Positions 18,772 to 29,532 of a DNA stretch of 64,000 nucleotides are shown piece after piece. A program made the position numbers and the translations under genes. Origin of the DNA: Candidatus Fervidifonticultor sextus (GTDB taxonomy: Bacteria > Sysuimicrobiota > Sysuimicrobiia > Sysuimicrobiales > Humicultoraceae); contig JAVKHQ010000003.1 in the NCBI GenBank assembly GCA_031459875.1, forward strand, positions 94,297 to 158,296, in the 5' to 3' direction. Under the pieces are notes generated by a model. It worked only from the letters and a program-made list of their open reading frames with translations. It did no database searches and had not been told where the DNA came from. Position 1 is the first letter of the stretch, and every line of letters starts with the position of its first letter.

Positions 18772-20394
18772 ATGCATGCGGCGGCGCGGGTGCGGACCTG
18801 GTATGGCCTGCTGAGCCTGGCGGGTCTGGTGATCCTCGGGACCCTCCCACTGCCGCACGTGGATTCCGATGCCCCGCTGTACGGCAAGATCGCCGCCAAC
18901 GTCCTGGCCACCGGCGACTGGCTGTCCTTTCACCATCCGGGCTGGTTTGTGGACAAGCCGCCGGTGGTCTTCTGGCTGATGGCGGGATCCTTCAAGATGC
19001 TGGGCGTCTCGGACGTCACCCTGCGGCTGTGGCAGGTGATCCTGGCCCTCGTGTTGGTCGTCGTGACGGCGCGGGTCGCCCGTGCGGCGGGATGGACACG
19101 CGAAGAGGCGGCGCTGTCGGCGCTGGTGCTGGCCACCTCGCTGCAGTTCCTCTACCAGACGACGGTGCCCCAGCAGGACCTCCCGCTGACGTTCTTCCTG
19201 ACGCTGGCCGCTCTGGGCCTGCTGCGCTATCTGGATCGTCACTCTCCTGCCTGGCTCGCCGCCGCTGCGGCGGCGGCGGCGGCCGCAGTCCTCACCAAGG
19301 GGATCGCAGGACTGGGATTCTTCGGCCTCCTCGCCGTGCTCGCACTCCTCGTGGCCAGGCCCGGGCTGCCGCGGCCGGGGCGCCTGCTGGGACACCTCGT
19401 GCTCGCCGCCGTGGTCTTCGCCGCCCTGGCCGTGCCCTGGTTTGCCCTGGGCGTCATCCGGCAGGGCGACCAGTTTGTGCAGACCTTTCTCACCTCCGGC
19501 ACCCTGGGCCTGGCACGCTTCTTCCGCCCGGCGATCTCGACGCCCCCGCCCTACTGGCTGTCGGTCTTCGCCTACGTGCCGTTGCTGCTGGTGGGCCTGC
19601 TGCCCTGGACCCCCCTCCTGCTGGTCGGCCTGGGGGACCTTCCCCGGCTGGTCCGGTCGGGGACGCGGGGCGAGAAGTTCGTAGCGGTGTGGTTGGTGGG
19701 TTTCTTCGCACTCCTCTCCCTCTCGTCGGGCGACAAGGTGTTCCGCTACCTGCTCGTGTGCTTCCCTCCCGCCGCCCTCCTGACCGGTCGAACCGCCGCA
19801 GCGTTCCTGGGCCATCCCCGGCGCCTGCGGCTGGCCGCCTGGATCGCGGTGGTGCCGGGTCTCCTGATGATGGCCGCCGGATTCCTCATGGTCTGGATGC
19901 AGTACGCGTCCCAGCGCGCGCTGCTCGCCGGCGTCGTCCTCCCCACCGTGGCCGCGACGGCGGCGGGGCTGCTCGGGTTTGCGGTGGCCGCCCTCCGGGG
20001 CCGGGGGCCGACGGCCGTCGTGCTCGCGACCCTCGGCATCCTCGCCGGCATGGCGCTCTTCGAGCGGGGCATGGTGGCCCATGCAGCCGTCCTCAATCCC
20101 TGGCCGGCCATCAGAGCGGCCGCCGCACCGGCGGCCGGCGAGGGCGGGCGGCTGTTCCTCTACGGACGCGCGGGTGAGGGGTTCAACTTCGCGCACTTCT
20201 ACTTCGACCGACCGGTGGTGGCGCTGTCTGGGCCATCGGAACTTGCCGCGGTGTGGGCCCGCGAGCGGGTCACCGCCGTCATCCCCGAGGAGGAGTACGA
20301 CGACCTGGCCCGCGCGCTGACCCCGGCGCCGGTCGTCATCCACCGGAGTCCAGCCCGGCTGGTGCTGGTCACCAATCACGGACGCGCCGACTGA
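18772..20394 (+). CDS. ArnT/PMT-like (GT-C) membrane glycosyltransferase
   Basis: DSDAPLYGKIA, FVDKPPVVFWL, LTKG, PWF, LLPW and KVFRYLL. Many TM helices. Confidence 0.8.
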   Translation: MHAAARVRTWYGLLSLAGLVILGTLPLPHVDSDAPLYGKIAANVLATGDWLSFHHPGWFVDKPPVVFWLMAGSFKMLGVSDVTLRLWQVILALVLVVVTARVARAAGWTREEAALSALVLATSLQFLYQTTVPQQDLPLTFFLTLAALGLLRYLDRHSPAWLAAAAAAAAAAVLTKGIAGLGFFGLLAVLALLVARPGLPRPGRLLGHLVLAAVVFAALAVPWFALGVIRQGDQFVQTFLTSGTLGLARFFRPAISTPPPYWLSVFAYVPLLLVGLLPWTPLLLVGLGDLPRLVRSGTRGEKFVAVWLVGFFALLSLSSGDKVFRYLLVCFPPAALLTGRTAAAFLGHPRRLRLAAWIAVVPGLLMMAAGFLMVWMQYASQRALLAGVVLPTVAATAAGLLGFAVAALRGRGPTAVVLATLGILAGMALFERGMVAHAAVLNPWPAIRAAAAPAAGEGGRLFLYGRAGEGFNFAHFYFDRPVVALSGPSELAAVWARERVTAVIPEEEYDDLARALTPAPVVIHRSPARLVLVTNHGRAD

Positions 20395-20472
20395 CGGACG
20401 GCCACCCGCAGGACAGGGATGCCGCCGCGCGCGGCCGAATAGGGTCGGGGACGCCGGGTCAAGGGGTGTGGT

Positions 20473-22020
20473 GTGCGCTGGGGTGTCGTCGCGGCGGCGG
20501 TCGTCTTGATGTTCGGTGTCGAACTTGCCAGCGCACAGCCCGCTCCCGTCACCATCGACGCGGAGACCATCACCTACGATGCCGCCCAGCGGACCGTCAC
20601 CGCCCGGGGCAACGTCCGCGTCACCGCCCGCCGGTATCGCGCGTTTGCCGACATGCTCCGCTACGACCTCCGGACGGAGGAGGCGGTCCTCACCGGTCGC
20701 GTGCGGGTCCTCGACGACCGCGGGGCGGAACTGCGCGGTCAGTCGCTAACCCTCAACACCCGGACCGAGGAGGGCGTGCTGGAACCCGCCGAGGGGATCG
20801 TGGACCGGCAGCGGCGGATCTACCTCCGCGGCGCCCGCCTGGAGGTCTCCCCCCGCCGATACGTGACCTCCCAGAGCCTGGTGACCTCCTGTGACCCGCG
20901 CAACCCCACGGTCTTGGTGACGGCGAACCGCATCGAGGTCGTCCCCGACGAGGCGATCGTGGCCTACGATGCCTCCATCTACCTGGGAGGTCGCCGCCTC
21001 TACAGCACGTCCCGGTTCGAGGCCTCCCTGGTACCCGGCGAGGAGAGCGTCCTGATCCCGACCTTCGGAGGCAATGCCGTCGACGGGTACTGGGTGGAGG
21101 GCCGCTGGCGGGTGCGCCTGCCCTGGGCCCGGGGTGTGCTGCAGACCAAGTACGGGACCACCTCCGGACTCTTTCCGCTGCTGCGGCTTGCGCACCGGCA
21201 GCCGGGGCACATCGTCTCGCTCCGCCTGGGCCGGACGCAGACCGTCGAGGAGCGCCAGGCGTTCAACCTGATTGGCTATGAGGTCGCCGAGGCGAGCGCG
21301 TCGCGCTCCCCGGCCCAGATCGGGACCACCCCCTTTTCGTGGTCGGTCGCGGGCGCCGTCGGATGGTTTCGGGAACAGGAGACCGGGGTGGCGGCGACGC
21401 GGCTGGACGCGCAGGCGTTCGTGGAGTCGAGGCCCATCGCCCTGGGACCGCGGGTGAGGTTCACCTCGCAGGCCGGGTTCCGGATCTCATCCTATGGCAG
21501 CGGCGATGTCAGGACGGTCACCACCTTCCAGCCCGTGCTCGGCTACCAGGCCGACCCGGTGACGCGGGTGAGCCTCGGGTATTCGCTGGTCGGGGTGCAG
21601 GGCCGCACGCCCTTGCGGATCGACGACGTGGAGCCGGCGAACACGCTCAGCCTGGATGTGGCCCGCACCGTGACGGACCGCTACCGCCTGGCCGCGGGCG
21701 TCTCCTACAACCTGGACACGCAGGTGACGAAGTACTCGGCGCTGGCGGCGGTGGTGGTGAGCCCCTCCCTGGACTTTGCCGTCCATGCCGTCTACAATGT
21801 CCGGCTGAACGCCTTCGAGGACGTGGACTACGCCGTCCGGTTCCTGTGCGACTGCCTCGACGCGGTGGTGCGCTACCGGCAGATGCGGCGGGAGATTTCG
21901 ATCGAGTTGGGCCTGACGGGATTTGTGGAACGGCGCGGCCTGGCCCCCAGGTCGACGCCGCCGGCGGTCTTTCCCGACGGCACGGCGCCGGGCGGGGAAG
22001 GGGGCGGACCCGCACGATGA
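20473..22020 (+). CDS. LptD-like outer-membrane protein (N-terminal OstA domain, C-terminal beta-barrel-like region)
   Basis: Signal peptide. IDAETITYD...TARGNV...ADMLRYD...GRV and VTSCD fit an OstA/LptD N-domain. The C-terminal half has alternating beta-strand patterns. Confidence 0.7.
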   Translation: MRWGVVAAAVVLMFGVELASAQPAPVTIDAETITYDAAQRTVTARGNVRVTARRYRAFADMLRYDLRTEEAVLTGRVRVLDDRGAELRGQSLTLNTRTEEGVLEPAEGIVDRQRRIYLRGARLEVSPRRYVTSQSLVTSCDPRNPTVLVTANRIEVVPDEAIVAYDASIYLGGRRLYSTSRFEASLVPGEESVLIPTFGGNAVDGYWVEGRWRVRLPWARGVLQTKYGTTSGLFPLLRLAHRQPGHIVSLRLGRTQTVEERQAFNLIGYEVAEASASRSPAQIGTTPFSWSVAGAVGWFREQETGVAATRLDAQAFVESRPIALGPRVRFTSQAGFRISSYGSGDVRTVTTFQPVLGYQADPVTRVSLGYSLVGVQGRTPLRIDDVEPANTLSLDVARTVTDRYRLAAGVSYNLDTQVTKYSALAAVVVSPSLDFAVHAVYNVRLNAFEDVDYAVRFLCDCLDAVVRYRQMRREISIELGLTGFVERRGLAPRSTPPAVFPDGTAPGGEGGGPAR

Positions 22021-23402
22021 GCGTGCCAGGGCAGGTTCGCCTGACCCCGACGATCTTCCGCGAGTACGACATCCGGGGCATCGTCGGCACCGAACTGACC
22101 CCAAAGGTCGCATCGCAGATCGCCCGGGCCTATGCGTCGCTGGTCTCGCCGGGCGGGCCGGTGGTGGTCGGATACGACAACCGGGAGCACTCGCCCGCCC
22201 TGGCCGCCGCGGTGGCCGAGGGGCTGGCCGCCTCCGGGTGCGACGTCCTGGACATCGGGACCGTCATCACCCCGACGTTCTACTTCGCCCGCGTGCACTG
22301 GGGGGTCGACGGCGGGATCATGGTCACGGCCAGCCACAACCCGCCCGAGTTCAACGGGTTCAAACTGGCCGGCGGGTTCGGCACCCTCTACGGGGAGCAG
22401 ATTCAAGAAGTCCGCCGGAGGGCGGAGGCCGGCCCATTCCCGGCCGGGTCGGGACGGATTGAGCCGCGGGACGCCACAGGACCGTACCTGGCCATGCTGC
22501 GGGAGAAGATCCGACTGGGCCCCAGGCGCCTGCGGGTCGTGCTCGACTGCGGCAACGGCACCGCCAGCCTGGTGGCCCCCCAGGTGCTGGCCGGGTGGGG
22601 GGTGGAGGTTATTCCCCTGTACTGCGACTCCGACCCGCGGTTTCCCCATCACCATCCCGATCCCGTGGACCCCCACAACCTGACCGATCTGATCGCGGCG
22701 GTCCGGCGCGAGCGCGCGGACGTGGGCATCGGTCTCGACGGCGACGGCGACCGGATCGGGGTCGTCGACGACCGCGGCGCGATCATCTGGGGCGACCTGT
22801 TGATGGTCCTCTTCTGGCGCGAGATCCTCCCCAGGCATCCCGGCGCCGACGTCATCGTGGAGGTGAAGTGCTCGCAGGCGCTGGTGGAAGAAGCCCGACG
22901 CCTGGGCGGCCGGCCGTTCTTCTACCGCACCGGCCACTCGCTCATCAAGGCCAAGATGCGCGAGATCGGCGCAGTCTTCACCGGTGAGATGTCCGGCCAC
23001 ATGTTCTTCGCCGACGAGTACTACGGGTTCGACGACGCCGTGTATGCCGCCGGGCGGCTGCTGCGGATCCTCTCCCATGCCGACCGGCCGCTCTCGGCGC
23101 TGCTGGCCGACGTCCCCCAGTATCCCATCACGCCTGAGGTCCGCGTGAGGTGCCCTGATGACCGGAAGTTCGCCGTGGTGGCGGCGCTGGCCGAGGAGTT
23201 CAAGCGCCACCACCAGGTCATTGACGTGGACGGCGTCCGCGTGCTCTTCGACGATGGATGGGGCCTGGTGCGGGCCAGCAACACGCAGCCGGTGCTGGTG
23301 TTGCGCGCGGAGGCGAAGACAGAGGCGGCGCTGGAGCGGATCAAGCAGGCCCTCGCCTCGGCCATCGCGCAATTCCCCGACGTCGGCCCGGTGACCTGGT
23401 GA
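22017..23402 (+). CDS. Phosphomannomutase/phosphoglucomutase
   Basis: [27 protein letters not shown] and VRASNT. Confidence 0.95.
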   Translation: MSVPGQVRLTPTIFREYDIRGIVGTELTPKVASQIARAYASLVSPGGPVVVGYDNREHSPALAAAVAEGLAASGCDVLDIGTVITPTFYFARVHWGVDGGIMVTASHNPPEFNGFKLAGGFGTLYGEQIQEVRRRAEAGPFPAGSGRIEPRDATGPYLAMLREKIRLGPRRLRVVLDCGNGTASLVAPQVLAGWGVEVIPLYCDSDPRFPHHHPDPVDPHNLTDLIAAVRRERADVGIGLDGDGDRIGVVDDRGAIIWGDLLMVLFWREILPRHPGADVIVEVKCSQALVEEARRLGGRPFFYRTGHSLIKAKMREIGAVFTGEMSGHMFFADEYYGFDDAVYAAGRLLRILSHADRPLSALLADVPQYPITPEVRVRCPDDRKFAVVAALAEEFKRHHQVIDVDGVRVLFDDGWGLVRASNTQPVLVLRAEAKTEAALERIKQALASAIAQFPDVGPVTW

Positions 23403-24442
23403 TGCGGCGCATCCTGCTGACCGGCGGAGCGGGCTTCCTGGGCAGTCACCTCTGCGACCAGCTGATCGAGCGCGGGTGCGAGGTCCTCTGTGCGGACAAC
23501 CTCCTCACCGGCCGTCTGGACAACATCGCCCATCTGCTGGACCATCCCCGATTCCGGTTCGTGCACTGCGACGTCTCCGAAGCCCTCCGGATCGAAGGCC
23601 CCCTGGACGCCGTGCTGCACTTCGCGTCACCGGCCAGCCCGCGGGACTACCTGGAGTTGCCCATCCACACGCTGAGGGTGGGCGCCTACGGCACCCACAA
23701 TGCCCTGGAACTCGCCAGGGCCACCGGCGCCCGGTTCCTCCTGGCCAGCACCTCGGAAGTCTACGGCGACCCGCTGGTCAACCCGCAGCCGGAGACCTAC
23801 TGGGGCAACGTCAACCCCATCAGCCCGCGCGGGGTGTACGATGAGGCCAAGCGGTTCGGCGAGGCCATGACCATGGCCTACCACCGGTACCACGGTCTCG
23901 ATACCCGCATCGTCCGGATCTTCAACACCTACGGCCCGCGGATGCGGGCCACCGACGGGCGGGTCATCTCCAATTTCATCGTGCAGGCCCTCCGCGGCGA
24001 GCCGTTGACGGTCCACGGAGACGGCACGCAGACGCGCAGCTTCTGCTACCTGGACGACATGATCCAGGGGATCCTCGCCGTCCTCGACCTGCCGTCGGAC
24101 CGGACCCCCCAGCAGCGGGTGGACCGGGAGTTCCTCCAGCGTAGCAGTGAGTCGGAGGACTCGATCCACCAGCCTGTCAACCTGGGCAATCCCGAGGAGC
24201 GCAGCGTCCTGGAGATCGCCCGTCTGGTCCTGGCGGCCACGGGCAGCCGCAGCCCGTTGCGGTTCGTGCCGCGTCCGGTTGACGATCCCCGCGTGCGTCG
24301 GCCGGATACTTCACGGGCGCAGCGCCTCGTGGGGTGGCGGCCGACGGTGCCCCTGGAGGAGGGGATCAGGCGCACCGTCGCATATTTCGAGAGTCAGATC
24401 GGGCAGCGGGACGTCGGGCGATCGCCATGCCCCGGGCGTTGA
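23402..24442 (+). CDS. UDP-glucuronate decarboxylase (UDP-xylose synthase) family SDR
   Basis: [43 protein letters not shown] and [10 protein letters not shown]. Confidence 0.9.
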   Translation: MRRILLTGGAGFLGSHLCDQLIERGCEVLCADNLLTGRLDNIAHLLDHPRFRFVHCDVSEALRIEGPLDAVLHFASPASPRDYLELPIHTLRVGAYGTHNALELARATGARFLLASTSEVYGDPLVNPQPETYWGNVNPISPRGVYDEAKRFGEAMTMAYHRYHGLDTRIVRIFNTYGPRMRATDGRVISNFIVQALRGEPLTVHGDGTQTRSFCYLDDMIQGILAVLDLPSDRTPQQRVDREFLQRSSESEDSIHQPVNLGNPEERSVLEIARLVLAATGSRSPLRFVPRPVDDPRVRRPDTSRAQRLVGWRPTVPLEEGIRRTVAYFESQIGQRDVGRSPCPGR

Positions 24443-25473
24443 TCACCGGGATCACCGGACAGGACGGCTCCTACCTGACCGAGTTCCTGCTGGACCGGGG
24501 GTACGAGGTCCACGGGGTCATCCGCCGGGCCTCCACGTTCAACACGGACCGCATCGACCACCTCTACCGGGACCCCCACGATCCCGGCGCGCGTCTGCGG
24601 CTCCACTACGGCGACCTGAGCGACAGCAGCGGGCTAAGGGTCCTGCTGGAACGGGTCCAGCCCGACGAGGTCTACAACCTGGGGGCCCAGTCGCACGTCC
24701 GCGTCTCCTTCGATCAGCCGGAGTACACGGCCGATGTGGTCGCGCTGGGGACGCTGCGGCTCCTGGAGGCCGTGCGGGACTACCAGGCGCGGACCGGGCA
24801 GCGGGTGAAGTTCTATCAGGCCGGCTCCTCCGAGGTGTTCGGGAACGCGCCGGCGCCGCAGAACGAGCAGACACCCTTCCACCCGCGCAGTCCCTACGGG
24901 GTGGCCAAGGCCTACGCCCACTGGCAGACGGTCAACTACCGCGAGGCCTACGGGCTGTTCGCGTGCAACGGCATCCTCTTCAACCACGAGTCGAGCCGGC
25001 GCCACGAGACCTTCGTCACCCGGAAGATCACCCGGGCGGCGACGCGGATTGCGCTCGGGCTCCAGGACCGCCTCTACCTGGGCAACCTGGAGGCCCGCCG
25101 CGACTGGGGGCACGCCCAGGACTACGTCGAGGCCATGTGGTTGATGATGCAGCACCACGAGCCCGACGACTTCGTCATCGCCACCGGGGAGTCCCGATCC
25201 GTCCGCGAGTTCCTGGCTGCCGCCTTCGGGCTGCTGAACCTGGACTGGGAACGGCACGTCGCCATCGACCCGCGCTACTTCCGCCCCGCGGAGATCGATC
25301 GGCTGGAGGGCGACGCGTCGAAGGCCCGCCGGGTGCTGGGCTGGCGGCCGCGCCGGTCCTTCGACGACCTGGTGCGCGAGATGGTGGACCACGATCTGGA
25401 GCTGGCCAGGGCCGAGCGGACCCTGCGCGACGCCGGACACCGCACGGCCCCTCGGGGGACCGGCCGTGGCTGA
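24427..25473 (+). CDS. gmd: GDP-mannose 4,6-dehydratase
   Basis: [40 protein letters not shown] and RDWGHA. Confidence 0.95.
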   Translation: MPRALITGITGQDGSYLTEFLLDRGYEVHGVIRRASTFNTDRIDHLYRDPHDPGARLRLHYGDLSDSSGLRVLLERVQPDEVYNLGAQSHVRVSFDQPEYTADVVALGTLRLLEAVRDYQARTGQRVKFYQAGSSEVFGNAPAPQNEQTPFHPRSPYGVAKAYAHWQTVNYREAYGLFACNGILFNHESSRRHETFVTRKITRAATRIALGLQDRLYLGNLEARRDWGHAQDYVEAMWLMMQHHEPDDFVIATGESRSVREFLAAAFGLLNLDWERHVAIDPRYFRPAEIDRLEGDASKARRVLGWRPRRSFDDLVREMVDHDLELARAERTLRDAGHRTAPRGTGRG

Positions 25474-26422
25474 GTGGGCCGGCCGGCGCGTCGTCGTCAC
25501 CGGAGGCGCCGGGTTCCTGGGTTCGGTGCTGGCCGACCGGCTCCGCCGCGCCGGGGCCGCGGTGTTCGTGCCGCGCCGGCGCGACTACGACCTGACCACG
25601 GCCGACGCGGCGGCCCGGCTCTATGCTGATGCGCGCCCGGAGGTCCTCTTCCACCTGGCCGCCGCGGTGGGCGGGATCGGCGCCAACCGCGCCAACCCGG
25701 GGCGGTTTTTCTACGAGAACATGGCGATGGGCCTCAACGTCGTGGAAGGCGCGCGTCGCTACGGTGGCCTGGAGAAGCTGATCATCGTCGGGACGACGTG
25801 CGCCTACCCGGGCGAGGCCCCGGTGCCCCTGCGCGAGGACGACCTGTGGGGTGGGTACCCCGAGCCGACGAATGCGCCCTATGGCATCGCCAAGCGTGCC
25901 CTGCTCGTCATGGCCCAGGGCTACCGGACCCAGTACGGGCTGAGGAGCATCTACCTCATCCCGGCCAACCTCTACGGCCCCGGCGACAACTTCGACCCCG
26001 AGACCTCCCATGTGATTCCCGCGTTGATCCGCAAGTGCGTCGAGGCCGTGGATCGGGGCGCCGACACGGTGGAGGTGTGGGGGGACGGGACGCCCACGCG
26101 TGAGTTCCTGCACGTGGGGGACTGCGCGCGGGGGCTGTTGCTGGCGGCCGAGCGGTACGACGCGCCCGACCCGGTCAACCTCGGCAGCGGCCAGGAGATC
26201 TCCATCCGCGACCTGGTGTCGTTGATCGCCGACCTGACCGGGTTCCGGGGCCGCGTGATCTGGGATCCCTCGCGGCCTGGAGGTCAGCGGCGGCGGCGCC
26301 TCGACGTCTGGCGGGCAAAGGAGGCCTTCGGGTTCGAAGCCCGGATTCCGCTGGCCGACGGGCTCCGCGAGACGATCGCTTGGTACCGGGCCCATCGCCG
26401 TGCGTATTCTCCACACCGTTGA
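25466..26422 (+). CDS. fcl: GDP-L-fucose synthase
   Basis: [42 protein letters not shown] and [10 protein letters not shown]. Follows gmd. Confidence 0.92.
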   Translation: MAEWAGRRVVVTGGAGFLGSVLADRLRRAGAAVFVPRRRDYDLTTADAAARLYADARPEVLFHLAAAVGGIGANRANPGRFFYENMAMGLNVVEGARRYGGLEKLIIVGTTCAYPGEAPVPLREDDLWGGYPEPTNAPYGIAKRALLVMAQGYRTQYGLRSIYLIPANLYGPGDNFDPETSHVIPALIRKCVEAVDRGADTVEVWGDGTPTREFLHVGDCARGLLLAAERYDAPDPVNLGSGQEISIRDLVSLIADLTGFRGRVIWDPSRPGGQRRRRLDVWRAKEAFGFEARIPLADGLRETIAWYRAHRRAYSPHR

Positions 26423-27524
26423 GTTCTACCATCCGCACGTCGGGGGCGCCGAACGTGTGGTCCAGCGGATCTCCGAGGGGCTCGTCCGGAGGGGACACGA
26501 GGTCGCCGTGGCCACCAGCTGGCATCCCGAACGCGGTTGCACGGCGGTCAACGGCGTGCAGATCGTCCCGTTCAGGGTGTCAGGGAACCTGGCCCGGGGC
26601 ATGACTGGAGAGGTTGCACGCTACCAGGACTGGCTGCGGCGGGAGCGGTTCGACATCGTCATGAACTACGCGGCGCAGTCCTGGCCGACCGACGCGGCGC
26701 TGTCGGTGCTGCCGGACCTGCAGGCGGGCCGGGTCCTGGCCACCTGCGGGTTCTCGGGCCTGCACGGGGTCCGGCGGCTAGTGTACCTGAGGTACTTCAG
26801 GCAACTCCGAAGATTCATCCGCGACTATGATGCCCTTGTCTACCATGCGGAGGCCGGCGCAGACGTGGCCTTCGGAGGCCGCTACGGACGGGGCGAGCAG
26901 GTCGTGATCCCCAACGGGGCGGACGGCGCGGAGTTTGTTGGGCCCTCGGACTTCCGGGTCCGCTACGGTATTGGGGCCCGGCATCTTCTGCTCCACGTCG
27001 GGAATCACTACCGGGTCAAGGGACACGGCGACCTGGCCAGGGTCCTGCGGACGCTACGCGGACGCGATGTGGCCATGGTGATCATCGGCGACGATCCGGG
27101 AGGGACGGGGAGTTGCTGGAAGGCCTGCCTGGCGGCGGCGCGGCGCGATCCGCGGCTCGTGCTGCTCCAGCACGTGCCCCGATCCGACGTGGTCGCGGCC
27201 TTTTGCGCTGCCGACCTCGTGCTGCTGCCGTCCCGCTTTGAGGCGGCACCGCTCGTGCTCGTGGAGGCCATGGCTGCGGGCGTCCCGTTCGTGTCCTACG
27301 ATGTGGGCAACGCGAAGGCGCTGGAAGGCGGTCAGGTCGTCGCGGGGCCGGAGGCGATGGCCGCCGCCGTGGCGGATCTGCTCGGCGACGACGCGCGGCG
27401 GCGTGCCCTGGGCGGCGCGGGCCGGGCCCATCAGCGCCGGGCGCTGGAGTGGGAGACCATCGTGGGCCGCTACGAGGCCCTCTACACCTCGCTGGTCGCC
27501 CGCCGCCGCGCTTTGGGGAGGTGA
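26400..27524 (+). CDS. Glycosyltransferase family 4
   Basis: YHPHVGGAE and [18 protein letters not shown] (E-x7-E motif). Confidence 0.88.
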   Translation: MRILHTVEFYHPHVGGAERVVQRISEGLVRRGHEVAVATSWHPERGCTAVNGVQIVPFRVSGNLARGMTGEVARYQDWLRRERFDIVMNYAAQSWPTDAALSVLPDLQAGRVLATCGFSGLHGVRRLVYLRYFRQLRRFIRDYDALVYHAEAGADVAFGGRYGRGEQVVIPNGADGAEFVGPSDFRVRYGIGARHLLLHVGNHYRVKGHGDLARVLRTLRGRDVAMVIIGDDPGGTGSCWKACLAAARRDPRLVLLQHVPRSDVVAAFCAADLVLLPSRFEAAPLVLVEAMAAGVPFVSYDVGNAKALEGGQVVAGPEAMAAAVADLLGDDARRRALGGAGRAHQRRALEWETIVGRYEALYTSLVARRRALGR

Positions 27525-27531
27525 GACCGCC

Positions 27532-29532
27532 GTGGGCGCGCGCGTGTCCGCGGTGATCCTGACCTGGAACTCGGCGCGTCACATCGGGGCGGCGCTGGGA
27601 GCCCTGCGGCGGGAAGTCGCCGGGATCCCCGCCGAGCTCATCGTCGTGGACAACGGCTCCTCCGACAACTCCCTCCAGATCGCCGCCGCCGCCGCCCCGG
27701 AGGCCCGGATCATCAAGAACCGGGAGAACCTCGGGGTGGCGCGAGGCCGCAACCAGGGGGTGCGCGCGGCGCGCGGCGAGTATGTCCTCTTTCTGGACAG
27801 CGACGCCGAGATGCAACCCGGGAGCCTGGCCGCGCTCGTAGGATTCCTCGACGCGCATCCGCACGTGGCGGTGGTCGGCCCGAGGCTCACCTACCCGGAC
27901 GGACGGCTGCAATACAGTTGCCGCAAGTTCCCCACCGTCCCCGGCAAACTGCTGCGCCTGCTCCCCCTGGCCTGGCGCAGGGCCGTGCCGTGGGCGGCCG
28001 ATGAGGAGATGCTCGCCCTCGACCCGAGCGCCCCGACCCGGGTGGACTATCTCATCGGCGCGTGCCAGCTGATCCGGCGCGAGGTGCTGGATGCCCTCGG
28101 CGGCCTCGACGACCGGATGTTCTACGGTCCCGAGGACGTGGACTTCTGCCTGCGGGTGTGGCAGGCCGGCCGCGAGGTCTGGTACCTGCCGGAGGCGGTC
28201 GTCGTCCACCACGAACAGCGGATCACCCATGCCCGCCTGGACCGGCTCACCCTGCGCCACGCCCTGGCGCTGGCCTACTACTTCCGGAAGCACCGGTACC
28301 TCTGTCGCCGGCCCGAGTTCGCTCGGGAGGTCGGCGGCCGGCCGAAGGTCCTCCAGCTGATCACGCTCTCGGAGTGGGGCGGGGCGCAGGCCTGCGTCCT
28401 GGCGCTGGCCCGGGGCCTGCGGGAGGCATACGACGTGACGGTGGGGTGCGCGCCGGGAGGGCCGCTGGTGGCACGTCTGCGGGCGGAGCGCATTCCGGTC
28501 GTGGAAATCCCCACCCTGGTGCGGACGCCGCATCTCGCGGCGGACCTGCGGACCCTCTGGCGCCTGGTCCGGTGGATGCGGCGGGAGCGCTTTGCCATCG
28601 TGCACTGTCACAGCACCAAAGCCGGCCTGCTCGGGCGGTTCGCGGCGCGCCTGGCCGGCGTCCCGGTGGTCCTGTTCACGGTGCACGGCTGGCCGTTTGC
28701 GGGGTGGTGGCACCCTGCAATGCGCGTCGCCGTCGCGCTGGCCGAGCGGATCGCGGCGCGGCTCAGTACGTTCGTGATCTGCGTGTCGGAACACGACCGG
28801 GGGAAAGCGCTGCGGATGGGGATCGGCGGGCCCGACCGCCTCGTGGTCATCCGCAACGGCGTCGATCCGGCGCCGTGGCTGGCCCGGCCGCTGCCGCCCC
28901 CGGCCGGTGCGGAGGTGGGTCCTCTGATCGCCGGGACCGCCGGCGGCGCCTGCACGGCGGTGGGGGTCGGCCGGCTGACCGAGCAGAAGGACCCCGTGAC
29001 GCTGCTCGAGGCTTGGCGGCGGGTCCCCGCGCCCCACCGCCTGGTCCTGGTGGGGGAAGGTCCGCTGCGCCCGTCGCTGGAGGCCCTGGCGCGGCAGGAC
29101 GGCCTGGCTGGCCGCGTGGCCATGCTGGGGGCCCGCGACGACGTGCCGGCGATTCTGGCGGGCGCCGATCTGTTCGTCCTGGCCAGCCGGTGGGAGGGGC
29201 TCCCGCTGGCCGTCCTCGAGGCCATGATGAGCGGGCTCCCGGTCGTGGCCACGGCGGTGGACGGCCTGCCCGAGGCGGTGGTCCCGGGCGAAACCGGGTT
29301 CCTGGTCCCTCCGCAGGATCCCGAGGCGCTGGCCGGGGCGGTGGGGCGGCTAGTGGCGGACGCCGAACTCCGTCGTCGGATGGGGGCGGCCGGCCGCCGT
29401 CGGGCGCTTCGGCACTTCACCGAGGCCCGGATGCTGGCAGAAACCGGTGCGCTCTACGACCGGGTGCTGACATGGTCGCGGGGGCGCTGGGGCCGCAGGA
29501 ACACTGCGCTCGCGCGGGGGCCGACGGCATGA
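27532..29532 (+). CDS. Bifunctional GT2 + GT4 fusion glycosyltransferase
   Basis: N-half: VILTWNS, VDNGSSD, FLDSD, YGPEDVDFC. C-half: GGAQ, HCHSTKAG, TVHG, SRWEGLPLAVLEAM. One uninterrupted frame. Confidence 0.88.
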   Translation: MGARVSAVILTWNSARHIGAALGALRREVAGIPAELIVVDNGSSDNSLQIAAAAAPEARIIKNRENLGVARGRNQGVRAARGEYVLFLDSDAEMQPGSLAALVGFLDAHPHVAVVGPRLTYPDGRLQYSCRKFPTVPGKLLRLLPLAWRRAVPWAADEEMLALDPSAPTRVDYLIGACQLIRREVLDALGGLDDRMFYGPEDVDFCLRVWQAGREVWYLPEAVVVHHEQRITHARLDRLTLRHALALAYYFRKHRYLCRRPEFAREVGGRPKVLQLITLSEWGGAQACVLALARGLREAYDVTVGCAPGGPLVARLRAERIPVVEIPTLVRTPHLAADLRTLWRLVRWMRRERFAIVHCHSTKAGLLGRFAARLAGVPVVLFTVHGWPFAGWWHPAMRVAVALAERIAARLSTFVICVSEHDRGKALRMGIGGPDRLVVIRNGVDPAPWLARPLPPPAGAEVGPLIAGTAGGACTAVGVGRLTEQKDPVTLLEAWRRVPAPHRLVLVGEGPLRPSLEALARQDGLAGRVAMLGARDDVPAILAGADLFVLASRWEGLPLAVLEAMMSGLPVVATAVDGLPEAVVPGETGFLVPPQDPEALAGAVGRLVADAELRRRMGAAGRRRALRHFTEARMLAETGALYDRVLTWSRGRWGRRNTALARGPTA

